A DNA stretch of 53,626 nt from Patescibacteria group bacterium (GCA_038058475.1 JBBUAW010000004.1:1-53626), one strand, 5' to 3'; positions 16,526 through 24,980 are shown, counted from the stretch's first letter. Made by a program: numbers and translations. The notes: generated from the letters alone by a model not told the origin.

Positions 16526-17192
16526 AATCCGGGTCTTGCTGAATTATCAATTCGTACGGAATTGTTTCGTCAGGAGAACAAAGTTTATAAGGCAACTGTT
16601 CGTGGGTAAAATCTACAATTTCCTGCGTTCTTTTATCTTTCCATTTTGTAGAGATTTTTTTCATCAAACCCAATTCGCCTTCGCTTATCAGGTCTAATTC
16701 CTGGTGTTTAGCGCCTGTACCGATGAGAACAGCATCTCCTTTGTAGTCAACAGTAATTTTTCCCTCTTCTTCGAGCTCGGCTAACGCTCTAAAATATGGA
16801 TCAGGAACTGGGCCGTATGTTCTCCGGAGATACTGCATTCCGCTCATGCTCTCAAGTTTATTGTAATACCATGCAAAATCAGCAAGATAGAGAAGCTTGG
16901 CAAGTTTAGTCTTTGGAATTTTCCCATCAGTAGAGAGGGGTGATTGTAAATAAGCAAGGATCATTTGCTTGTATTTTTCATATTTTGGCAAAGTTGCTTT
17001 TGCAAATTCTTCAATAGAAATACCAAATAAATCTTTTAATTTCTCTGCTTCTTCTAGGGTAAGGCCTCTATTTCCACTCTCGATAGAAACATAGGAAGGT
17101 CGGGAAAGGCTTAATTTGTCTGCTACAAAAGATTGCGAAAAACCTCGCTCTGTTCTAAGCGCCTTTATAAATTTGGCATATTTATTAGTCAT
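16515..17192 (-). CDS. XRE-HTH plus Panacea (DUF4065/SocA) antitoxin
   Basis: IKALRTERGFSQSFVADKLSLSRPSYVSIESG (XRE HTH); KLAKLLYLADF, YGPVP and FTHEQLPY (DUF4065). Confidence 0.87.
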   Translation of the reverse strand: MTNKYAKFIKALRTERGFSQSFVADKLSLSRPSYVSIESGNRGLTLEEAEKLKDLFGISIEEFAKATLPKYEKYKQMILAYLQSPLSTDGKIPKTKLAKLLYLADFAWYYNKLESMSGMQYLRRTYGPVPDPYFRALAELEEEGKITVDYKGDAVLIGTGAKHQELDLISEGELGLMKKISTKWKDKRTQEIVDFTHEQLPYKLCSPDETIPYELIIQQDPDYVY

Positions 17193-17198
17193 GCTTTT

Positions 17199-17226
17199 AG
17201 TATATTCGTATATGTAAAAAAGTCAA
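17199..17226 (-). promoter_or_regulatory. Sigma70 promoter of the TA operon (leaderless)
   Basis: TTGACT-16-TATACT, 6 nt before ATG 17192. Confidence 0.6.
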
Positions 17227-17274
17227 ACATTTAGTGTTGATAAAATTGACAAGCAAAATAAGGGGTATAAATAC

Positions 17275-17350
17275 ATGATGGTTTTATCAGTTGTGAGTAC
17301 TAGTTGTATGTGCCTGCCCGTCCGAAGCGTATACGCAAAGGAGGGTTCAT
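17275..17350 (-). pseudogene. 5' relic of a TspO/MBR-like gene with a nonsense change and a 33-bp insertion
   Basis: ATG AAC [33 bp] ACA TAC AAC TAG TAC TCA CAA CTG ATA AAA CCA TCA = MN-TYN*YSQLIKPS; WYxxLxKPxW is the TspO N-terminal motif. Confidence 0.55.
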
Positions 17351-17380
17351 TCATTTATTTCTTTCTCCACCCATCTAAAT

Positions 17381-18175
17381 TTACCGTAAAAAATTATTAA
17401 TTGCGATCGTAGTATCCTTAAAAATAAAGATATCATTATGGTTAGCCCCAGCAATGGAAACGAATTCCTTATCGTCTGAGTCAATATTCTCAAAGAACGT
17501 TCTGGCGAGTTTTTGTGGGATTATCGTATCGTTTTCACCATGGATAATAAGCACTCTACCGGTGAAATTTTTCAAAGATTTCACATTGTCAAAAGCGTTG
17601 TTAACCATAAAGGAAGTAGGATAATACCAATATATACTATGAGCTAAGTCTTTCAAGCTAGAAAAAGCGGTAAATAACAGTAATTTCTGAGGAGGAAGCA
17701 GACTGGCATGTAGCGAAGCTGGACCGCTTCCAATACTTTCCCCGACGACCAACACCTCTTTGAACTGACGTGATTCAATAAATGTAATAACATCTCTTAC
17801 ATTTCCTTTTATGCCATTGTGTGAAGGTGTTTTCCCGTCGTTTGAATATCCTTCATATTCGACAATCAAATATGAGTAACCATTATTTTCAAAAAATAAC
17901 GCCCAATAATCTCGGTCGCAAGCAGAGCCGGCGTTTCCGTGATAGAGAACGACCAGTTTTTCACCCGCCTCTTTGTAATAAGCTCGTGTTGCGCCAAACC
18001 GAATTTTATCTGCCGAACTTAGTGCCGGGCAATTATCAAAATCTTGCGAAAATGGTGAGTAAATAAGCCTTTCTTGAAATAGTGTTATTACGATACCAAA
18101 ACCGACGTAGAAAATTACCAATATCAAAAGTGCAATTTTGGAAGCCTTATTGAATGCAAAAAAGTTTTTCATCAT
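17381..18175 (-). CDS. Alpha/beta hydrolase (ABHD/BEM46-like), N-terminal TM
   Basis: HGNAG, GESIG nucleophile elbow, IHGEND, GANHND. Confidence 0.9.
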   Translation of the reverse strand: MMKNFFAFNKASKIALLILVIFYVGFGIVITLFQERLIYSPFSQDFDNCPALSSADKIRFGATRAYYKEAGEKLVVLYHGNAGSACDRDYWALFFENNGYSYLIVEYEGYSNDGKTPSHNGIKGNVRDVITFIESRQFKEVLVVGESIGSGPASLHASLLPPQKLLLFTAFSSLKDLAHSIYWYYPTSFMVNNAFDNVKSLKNFTGRVLIIHGENDTIIPQKLARTFFENIDSDDKEFVSIAGANHNDIFIFKDTTIAINNFLR

Positions 18176-18332
18176 GTTTGCTTTAAAATCTCCTTTTCGT
18201 TTTGAATTTAATTGGGCAGGGGAGGTTATTTTTTATCGCCGAATTCCTGCCCCGCCACTGCGGGACGCGCCGCAATCTTTTATCTAAATAAACGAAAGTT
18301 TAAAGCTGCCATACAGGCAAAAATCTTATCAG

Positions 18333-18542
18333 CTACTTTTTAACAAAAAGCGACATAGCAAAAGCAACAAAGCCAAGACCCAAACCGATAAATAATCCCG
18401 CCGGAATATTATCTGTCATAAAACCATAACCTAAGCCTAAAAGTACTCCAGCTGGGATAAATAAAGCACCGGGTTTTGAATGATATCCGTGGTTGTAATG
18501 TTCATCACAACATTTTTCATTATCCTTTTTTTCTTGTTCCAT
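18333..18542 (-). CDS. Small 2-TM membrane protein with Cys/His-rich N-terminus
   Basis: KCCDEHYNHGYH followed by GVLLGLGYG...GLFIGLGLG; extended -10 upstream. Confidence 0.7.
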   Translation of the reverse strand: MEQEKKDNEKCCDEHYNHGYHSKPGALFIPAGVLLGLGYGFMTDNIPAGLFIGLGLGFVAFAMSLFVKK

Positions 18543-18564
18543 ATTATTTTTTATTAATTATTAA

Positions 18565-18630
18565 TAATTACTCGACAATTTTATTATATCAAATTTTAAA
18601 TACCGCCACTCCAAGGGTAGCCCTTCGACT
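18565..18630. repeat. Promoter plus palindrome module, copy 2
   Basis: TAATTACTCGAC..ATTATATCAAAT..CCGCCACTCCAAGGGTAGCCCTTCGACT. Confidence 0.85.
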
Positions 18631-18791
18631 AAACACACAATATCGTGTACATAAAGCCATACCAAAGGACAAAAAAGACCGGCCATCCTGGATTTTTAAA
18701 GAGACTTCCGTCACCGATTGTATTAACAATAAATTCAAATATATAGTGCAGTTGGATAAGAATAAATTAGAAATTTAAGATATTTTTTCAT
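18629..18791 (-). pseudogene. Possible frameshifted and truncated membrane-protein relic
   Basis: MKKYLKFLIYSYPTAL, one extra base, then IFEFIVNTIGDGSLFKNPGWPVFFVLWYGFMYTILCV*; ends at the repeat. Confidence 0.4.
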
Positions 18792-18841
18792 TTTTTTGTG
18801 GTGACAACTTTCTAATCCTAGCGCCGAGATAGATGAATGAC

Positions 18842-18868
18842 AACTGGCGAGGATAGTCCTCGCCAGTT
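18842..18868. repeat. REP-like perfect palindrome, copy A
   Basis: AACTGGCGAGGA-TAG-TCCTCGCCAGTT, 12-bp perfect stem. Confidence 0.9.
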
Positions 18869-18919
18869 CCGATTATACCTTTTCCGAACTTTATCGGATG
18901 TGGTTTTTGCCACGACCCC

Positions 18920-18948
18920 TTGCATACCGAACGAGTTTATGGTATAAC
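18920..18948 (+). promoter_or_regulatory. Sigma70 promoter of the polysaccharide operon
   Basis: TTGCAT-17-TATAAC with TG extension. Confidence 0.6.
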
Positions 18949-19009
18949 ACTTTTGCCTGACTCCTGTTAGTGTGGCAGGTATTTTTATGGCTTAAAACAT
19001 GAAGATTCT

Positions 19010-20293
19010 ATGAAAAATCAAAAGAACATTGCGGTTGTTGGCCTCGGCTATGTTGGACTTCCTCTTGCGCTTTTAACAGAGCGGAAGGGTTTTAATGTAT
19101 CTGGAATAGATATTGATACTAAGAAAATAGAGAAACTTCGAGGAAGAAAGATACCATTCCTAGATGATGAAGTAGAACAGTATTTCATTAAGGCGAAAAA
19201 TATTTCATTTTCCGCCGACTTTTCGTCTGTCTCGGATTCATCAATTGTTATCATTTGTGTCCCGACTCCGGTACACGAAAATCATATCCCCGATCTGAGG
19301 CCTGTTATCGGCGCGACAGAAGGGGTTGCCACGCATCTTCAAAAAGGCCAGCTCGTTATCCTTGAATCTACCGTCAATCCTGGAGTGTGTGAAAGCGTGG
19401 TTCTTCCGATTCTTGAAAAGAAATCCGGTTTGCGCGCTGGTGTAGATTTTCATATCGCACATTGTCCGGAGCGAATAAACCCAGGCGACAAAAAATGGAA
19501 TGTTGAAAACATAAACCGTGTCGTGGGAGCCACAGACGCTGAGGGTCTTCGCCTCGCCGCTTCATTTTACGAAAGCATTACGACTGGCATGATCAAGCGT
19601 ATGAGCACAATCAAAGCCGCTGAAGCGGTGAAGGTTGTTGAGAATTCTTTTCGTGATATTAACATCGCGTTCGTGAACGAGCTTGCTCGTTCATTTACGA
19701 AACTCGGCATTGATGTCGTGGAGGTTATTGATGGTGCCGCCACTAAACCGTTTGCGTTCATGGCGCATTACCCAGGTTGCGGAGTCGGCGGACACTGCAT
19801 TCCTGTTGATCCGTACTATCTAATTGAATATGCCAAGCAAAACGGATTTGAGCATGATTTCCTCGCTCTCGCGCGGAGGATCAATAATAATATGCCCCAC
19901 TTTACAGTAGAGCGTCTTCGCAACGGGTTAGATGAAATAGCTCACTCACTCAAAGGAACCACGGTTGCTGTTCTCGGCGTCTCTTACAAACCAGATATTG
20001 ATGACTGCCGACAGAGCCCCTCATTCGATATAATCCGCATTCTCAAAGAGTACGGTGCGGATGTGCGCGTATTTGATCCGTTTGTGCCCAAAAAATCAAC
20101 GGCGAAAAGCCTGGATGAAGCAGTGCAAGGCGCGCAAGCCGTTGTGGTAGCGACAGCGCACAAGGATTTCAAGGAATTGACCCCCGATTACTTTGTAAAT
20201 AACGGAGTAAAGGTCGTCGTGGATGGTCGCAATTGTCTGCCGAAAGAAAACTTTGTTAAAGCGGGGATTATTTATAAAGGGGTGGGGAGGTAG
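19010..20293 (+). CDS. Nucleotide-sugar 6-dehydrogenase, WbpA/WecC-type (UDP-GlcNAc or UDP-ManNAc)
   Basis: GLGYVG, CVPTP, ESTVNPG, PERINPG, KVVENSFRDINIA, GGHCIPVDPYY, YKPDIDD. Confidence 0.92.
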   Translation: MKNQKNIAVVGLGYVGLPLALLTERKGFNVSGIDIDTKKIEKLRGRKIPFLDDEVEQYFIKAKNISFSADFSSVSDSSIVIICVPTPVHENHIPDLRPVIGATEGVATHLQKGQLVILESTVNPGVCESVVLPILEKKSGLRAGVDFHIAHCPERINPGDKKWNVENINRVVGATDAEGLRLAASFYESITTGMIKRMSTIKAAEAVKVVENSFRDINIAFVNELARSFTKLGIDVVEVIDGAATKPFAFMAHYPGCGVGGHCIPVDPYYLIEYAKQNGFEHDFLALARRINNNMPHFTVERLRNGLDEIAHSLKGTTVAVLGVSYKPDIDDCRQSPSFDIIRILKEYGADVRVFDPFVPKKSTAKSLDEAVQGAQAVVVATAHKDFKELTPDYFVNNGVKVVVDGRNCLPKENFVKAGIIYKGVGR

Positions 20294-20305
20294 GAAGAAT
20301 GCTTT

Positions 20306-21604
20306 ATGAAGAAAATCTTTAATTTCAAAAACGCAAGACGGATAAATTTATGGGTAATCTTTTATTTGGTTGTATACATAATTCTTGTCATAAAATTAGT
20401 AACAATTCAACAGATTGGTAACGGAATTTTATTCGCAACTTATAGTATAGCTGTTTCTTTTTATATCCTTAGCCGGTTTAGCCTTGCTTATTTTTATAAA
20501 CCATCAGTTCCAGAATCCGATTTGACTTATGAGCCAACAATCTCTTTTGCGGTACCCTCAAAAAATGAGGGGGAAAATATCCGCGAAACAATTTTAAAAA
20601 TCGCAAATACTAATTATCCTAAAAATAAATTTGATATTATAGCCATAAATGATGGCTCTGATGACAACACATTAGATGAAATGTTGAGGGCAAAAAAAAT
20701 TGTTGAAAATAAAAACTATATTGATGGAAATGTATCAGTGAAAGTAATAGACTGGAAAATTAATAGAGGAAAACGAGAAGGAATGGCAGAAAGTGTGCGT
20801 CAATCGGATAAAGATATTGTTATTTTTATTGATTCTGATAGTTTTATAGACCCTGAAGCTGCGCGGGAATTGGTTAAATATTTTATTTATGACGAAGTTG
20901 CCGCGGTTGCCGGTCATGCGTATGTTGCAAATGCACAAACGAATTTTTTGACAAAAATGCAGGCGGTAAGATACTTTGTAGCTTTTAAGGCTTATAAAGC
21001 CGCCGAAGCCCTTTTCGGTGCTGTAACTTGTTGTTCTGGGTGTTGTTCCGCTTATCGTCGTTCTTATATGAATGAAGTGATGAATGAGTGGCTTAATCAA
21101 AAATTTCTTGGTGTTCAATGTACCTATGGTGATGACAGGAGTTTAACAAATTATCTTTTGCGGAAAGGGTATAAGACTTTGTTTTCGAATGAGGCGATAG
21201 CATATACATTTGTTCCTGATACATTAAACAAATTCATAAAACAACAATTTCGATGGAAAAAATCGTGGGTTCGAGAAAGTCTAATTGCTGGAACGTTTAT
21301 GTGGAAGAGAAATCCGATCATGTCAATTTCGTTTTATCTTGGAATTATATTGCCACTACTTGCTCCGATTATAGTAATAAGAGCACTCGTTTGGTATCCG
21401 TATACTACAGGGAATGCGCCGTTTTATTATCTTTTTGGGTTATTACTTATGGCTATAGTTTATGGATTATATTATTACATTTACACTCTGGATAAAAAAT
21501 GGGTATATGGAGTAGTTTTTGCGGCATTCTATACAATCATTCTTATCTGGCAATTGCCGTGGGCAATTTTAAATTTACGTGATGCACGTTGGGGGACTAG
21601 ATAA
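20306..21604 (+). CDS. Processive GT2 synthase, hyaluronan synthase / NodC / IcaA-like
   Basis: NDGS, GKR, FIDSDS, CCSGCCSAYR, GDDRSLTN, QQFRWKKS (QxxRW), WGTR; N- and C-terminal TMs. Confidence 0.9.
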   Translation: MKKIFNFKNARRINLWVIFYLVVYIILVIKLVTIQQIGNGILFATYSIAVSFYILSRFSLAYFYKPSVPESDLTYEPTISFAVPSKNEGENIRETILKIANTNYPKNKFDIIAINDGSDDNTLDEMLRAKKIVENKNYIDGNVSVKVIDWKINRGKREGMAESVRQSDKDIVIFIDSDSFIDPEAARELVKYFIYDEVAAVAGHAYVANAQTNFLTKMQAVRYFVAFKAYKAAEALFGAVTCCSGCCSAYRRSYMNEVMNEWLNQKFLGVQCTYGDDRSLTNYLLRKGYKTLFSNEAIAYTFVPDTLNKFIKQQFRWKKSWVRESLIAGTFMWKRNPIMSISFYLGIILPLLAPIIVIRALVWYPYTTGNAPFYYLFGLLLMAIVYGLYYYIYTLDKKWVYGVVFAAFYTIILIWQLPWAILNLRDARWGTR

Positions 21605-21618
21605 ATGACACAAAAATT

Positions 21619-23199
21619 ATGAAGAAAATAATTCCAAGAAGGATTTTCATCAAAAAAGCGCCTCTCGCGGTTCTTGTTTTTGCTGTCTTAGGATTTGGTC
21701 TTTTTGCATATGATGCCAATAAGGATTTTATAAGTAATTTTCAATTTTATCACATTAAGTCTTATACAACGTTAGTTTCTCACGCAGTATTTAATGAAAA
21801 TAATAACAACTTAGCTTCAGCATTAGGAGTTCTCGCGACTAATAACGAAGCGGGGAATCTTAACATTGAACAGAAATTTGCAAAATCAGTTCCCGCACTA
21901 CTCTATCACAGCATCATTAATGAGCCGGACGGAAGCAATATATTATTGGAAAATTTTAAAGACCAAATGTTTTCGTTAAAGAAAGCCGGATGGCAGACGG
22001 TGAGTATTGAAGATTTTTATTCTTTTATGAAGGGAGAAAAAGAATTGCCGGATAAATCTTTTCTTCTTACTTTTGACGATGGGGCAAAGAATAGTTATTA
22101 CCCCGTGGACCCAATCCTTCGTGCTCTTGATTTTCGCGCAGTCATGTTTGTGATCACTTCGCGGACTACGAGCCCATTTTATTTATCCGTTCGCGAATTG
22201 GATAAAATGGTAAAATCAGGTCGATGGGATTTACAATCGCATGGACAAGATGATCATGATTTTTATCCAATCAATTCAACTGACGAAAAAGGACATTTTT
22301 TGAGCAATAAACTATGGTTCAAAGACGTTGGACGTCTTGAAACATCGGAGGAATTCCGATTAAGAATTTCTAATGATTTGAAAGAATCAAAAAAGTGGTT
22401 AGAAGAACGTTATGGTAAACCTATTGTCAGCTATGCTTACCCGTTCGGTGATTATGGACAAAATTCTCTTAATTTTGTTGAAGGTGTAATACCTATGATT
22501 GAAGAGGTTGCCAGATCTATTTATCCAATATCTTTCTATCAAGTGTGGGAAGGAAAAGGACACGCTTTCAATTATCCAGAGCCAACGGAGTTTATGATAA
22601 AACGCATTTCTGTTAAGTCAGATTGGACAGATGTAAAATTATTGTCAGTTTTAGAAAAAGGAAGTTCAAAAGATTTGCCATACGAGGATGCATTTTCTGA
22701 AACGAGTGGTTTAATTAAAACTTGGGGCAATCTTAATATCCACAATAATGCTATATTTATCGGCGCAAATGCTTCAACGACAGGCTCGTCATTATTTCTT
22801 GACGGATCTTATTTATGGCAGAATTATGTTTTCAAGGCTGGTGTTAATTTGACGAAAGGGCAAACTTTTTCATTGACGGCTAGATACAAAGACGACAAAA
22901 ATTACGTGGCTTGTTCATTTTCTGATAAGTCCATAAGAGTGGAACGTTTTTTAAACGGAGAGAGGAAAGTTTTGTCAGAATTAAAAGGCAATTTTGTTTT
23001 CCTGAATAAAAATCGCGAGGTGGGAATAGGAGTATATGACAGTACGGTTAACTGCTATGTGGATGGCAAAATAGCAATGAAGGGATATCACTTAGATGAA
23101 CATTTAGATCAGGGCGAAATCGGATTTAAAACATGGGATCCTCAAATAAATAACAGTGAATTGGTTATTAAAAGTATTTCTGTCGAGGAAATAAAATGA
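21619..23199 (+). CDS. Polysaccharide deacetylase (IcaB/PgaB-like CE4) with C-terminal beta-sandwich domain
   Basis: PALLYH, LLTFDDG, QSHGQDDH, AYPFG; N-terminal TM. Confidence 0.88.
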   Translation: MKKIIPRRIFIKKAPLAVLVFAVLGFGLFAYDANKDFISNFQFYHIKSYTTLVSHAVFNENNNNLASALGVLATNNEAGNLNIEQKFAKSVPALLYHSIINEPDGSNILLENFKDQMFSLKKAGWQTVSIEDFYSFMKGEKELPDKSFLLTFDDGAKNSYYPVDPILRALDFRAVMFVITSRTTSPFYLSVRELDKMVKSGRWDLQSHGQDDHDFYPINSTDEKGHFLSNKLWFKDVGRLETSEEFRLRISNDLKESKKWLEERYGKPIVSYAYPFGDYGQNSLNFVEGVIPMIEEVARSIYPISFYQVWEGKGHAFNYPEPTEFMIKRISVKSDWTDVKLLSVLEKGSSKDLPYEDAFSETSGLIKTWGNLNIHNNAIFIGANASTTGSSLFLDGSYLWQNYVFKAGVNLTKGQTFSLTARYKDDKNYVACSFSDKSIRVERFLNGERKVLSELKGNFVFLNKNREVGIGVYDSTVNCYVDGKIAMKGYHLDEHLDQGEIGFKTWDPQINNSELVIKSISVEEIK

Positions 23200-24080
23200 A
23201 AAAATATATTTTAGTGTTTTTAACCCTCTTTCTTTCGGTGGGCGGGTTCATCATTGCATGGCAAGGTTCTTATTTTAATAAAGTTGCTAGAAGTATCTTA
23301 TTATTGCCGAACAAACAGATGGCTTCAGTTGCGGCTGTGGTGAGTTCGCCATTTTACTACACCTTTAAAATAGATGGAATTCTCGACGAGGCAGGAAAAA
23401 TGAACAATAGCTCGAGCCCCTACTTCTGGCTTAATTCCGGTGGATTATTTTATTTGAAAAATGGTATAGGCAAAACTATTCAAGGAGAATTATCGCAATT
23501 TAATAAATGGCGTTTAGCTTATGCTATTTCTAATCCGATTGATACCGATAACGGTTACTATCCGCAGAATATTTTCCGCCTGGTGACCAGAAGCAAATGG
23601 CAGAATTTTTCGCAGGAAGCGTATTTTAAAATCACAAAGATGAATATGAGCGCGAGCGTCAACAGAGATGTCTCAAACGGAATTTTGCTTTTTAACCGCT
23701 ATCAAGACGGCAATAATCTTTACTATGCCGGCATTCGCGTTGACGGACAGGCGGTCGTGAAGAAAAAAATAAACGGCGACTACTACACCATCGGCATATC
23801 TCCTGTATTTAAGGGTGAGGATAACAGGCAATCAAATCCGAACTTATTGCCGGAGAATGTCTGGCTCGGTCTGCGCAGTGAAATAACAACTAACGGCAAT
23901 GAGGTGATGATAAAGCTGTTTATTGATAAAGAAAACAACGGGGAATGGCAATTGGCGCTTGAAGCAAAAGACGACGGCAAAAGCTACGGCGGAGCAGCAA
24001 TCTTAGACGAAGGCCACGCCGGGATTCGTACAGATTTTATGGATGCAGAGTTTGATAATTACAGAATTGTGGATAATTAG
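23196..24080 (+). CDS. Exported beta-sandwich (ConA/LamG-like) hypothetical protein
   Basis: N-terminal signal/TM; beta-rich; ends GHAGIRTDFMDAEFDNY; ATGA-coupled to the deacetylase. Confidence 0.7.
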   Translation: MKKYILVFLTLFLSVGGFIIAWQGSYFNKVARSILLLPNKQMASVAAVVSSPFYYTFKIDGILDEAGKMNNSSSPYFWLNSGGLFYLKNGIGKTIQGELSQFNKWRLAYAISNPIDTDNGYYPQNIFRLVTRSKWQNFSQEAYFKITKMNMSASVNRDVSNGILLFNRYQDGNNLYYAGIRVDGQAVVKKKINGDYYTIGISPVFKGEDNRQSNPNLLPENVWLGLRSEITTNGNEVMIKLFIDKENNGEWQLALEAKDDGKSYGGAAILDEGHAGIRTDFMDAEFDNYRIVDN

Positions 24081-24170
24081 CACAGGGAGCTAAATTTTTT
24101 CCTCATCTCCCCTAAAATTTAGTCTGTACCATAAGGCACTATACTCTTTTGTCTATGCTAGAATAGTCTC

Positions 24171-24803
24171 ATGCTTACGGTTATCAAAAAATATTGGTTC
24201 CTAATCCTTTTCAACATTGTTTATGTTACAGTTTTTGCCGTCTATTATCTATCGATTAAAAATTATGAATTTCTTTGGTATGTTGCCATTTTGCTCTTTT
24301 TTCTAACCTTGATCTTATCTACCTTGAAGCGCACTCATTTCGGGACGATAATTCTTTGGGGTTTATCACTTTGGGGATTGATGCATATGGCCGGTGGTGG
24401 CATCAAGGTGGGGGAGAAGGTCCTCTATGCTTGGCCAATTGTCCAGCTGTTTGGTGAAGGAGAATCGCTCGTGCTCAAATTTGATCAATTTGTTCATTTC
24501 TTCGGTTTTGGTGTGGCCACCATTGTTTTCTACCACCTCTTGCGATTCTATTTGGACAAAAATGATATCATAATTAACTGGACCGTGCTTTACCCCCTAA
24601 TCGTTTTGGGCGGAATGGGGATTGGAGCTTTGAATGAGATTCTTGAATTTGTCGCGGTGGTCGCTTTTGGCCAGACGGGAGTCGGTGGTTACTGGAATAC
24701 CGCCCTTGACCTAGTTTTCAACATGCTAGGGGCGATAGCCGCGACAATCTTGATCCATTTCCATTATCGTCAAAAACCAGTTCTGATGGAAGAAAAAAGG
24801 TGA
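24171..24803 (+). CDS. Integral membrane protein (DUF2238/YjdF-like)
   Basis: MHMAGG, FDQFVHFFG, NEILEF, YWNTALDL. Confidence 0.78.
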   Translation: MLTVIKKYWFLILFNIVYVTVFAVYYLSIKNYEFLWYVAILLFFLTLILSTLKRTHFGTIILWGLSLWGLMHMAGGGIKVGEKVLYAWPIVQLFGEGESLVLKFDQFVHFFGFGVATIVFYHLLRFYLDKNDIIINWTVLYPLIVLGGMGIGALNEILEFVAVVAFGQTGVGGYWNTALDLVFNMLGAIAATILIHFHYRQKPVLMEEKR

Positions 24804-24824
24804 GGTTCATTCATAAACCTCACC
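24799..24824. repeat. 9-bp inverted repeat at gene end
   Basis: GGTGAGGTT-N8-AACCTCACC. Confidence 0.55.
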
Positions 24825-24827
24825 CTG

Positions 24828-24854
24828 CACTGGCGAGGATAGTCCTTGCCAGTG
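24828..24854. repeat. REP-like palindrome, copy B
   Basis: CACTGGCGAGGA-TAG-TCCTTGCCAGTG; direct repeat of 18842-18868. Confidence 0.9.
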
Positions 24855-24907
24855 TTGCTCGTCTTGGCGAGACGAAACCACTAGTTAATATCAGGAGATC
24901 CCCTCGG

Positions 24908-24980
24908 CTCCGCGGGCAGGACTCGAACCTGCGACCAATCGGTTAACAGCCGACCGCTCTACCAACTGAGCTACCGCGGA
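24908..24980 (-). tRNA. tRNA-Asn(GTT), CCA not encoded
   Basis: TCCGCGGTAGCTCAGTTGGTAGAGCGGTCGGCT-GTT-AACCGATTGGTCGCAGGTTCGAGTCCTGCCCGCGGAG forms a complete cloverleaf. Confidence 0.97.

Larger units (their letters stand above)
14282..24856. mobile_element. Accessory genomic island adjacent to tRNA-Asn; no integrase or transposase seen
   Basis: Visibly AT-richer; TA pair, gene relics and a polysaccharide operon; exact 12-bp inverted repeat AACACTGGCAAG (14282-14293) / CTTGCCAGTGTT (24845-24856). Confidence 0.55.

Noticed and set aside
18213-18260. tRNA 3'-end duplication (att site) for the island
   Set aside because: The match to tRNA-Asn is only about 7 bp (GGGCAGG) and is explained by a local hairpin.
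18476-18778. 100-aa plus-strand ORF
   Set aside because: It runs antisense across a gene start, a promoter repeat and a relic, and has no protein-like features.
14300-18800. Classical integron cassette array
   Set aside because: Genes are co-oriented, but I found no RYYYAAC...GTTRRRY attC sites and no intI.
14866-24854. CRISPR array from the repeated palindromes
   Set aside because: Copies are hundreds to thousands of bases apart, there are no regular spacers and no cas genes.
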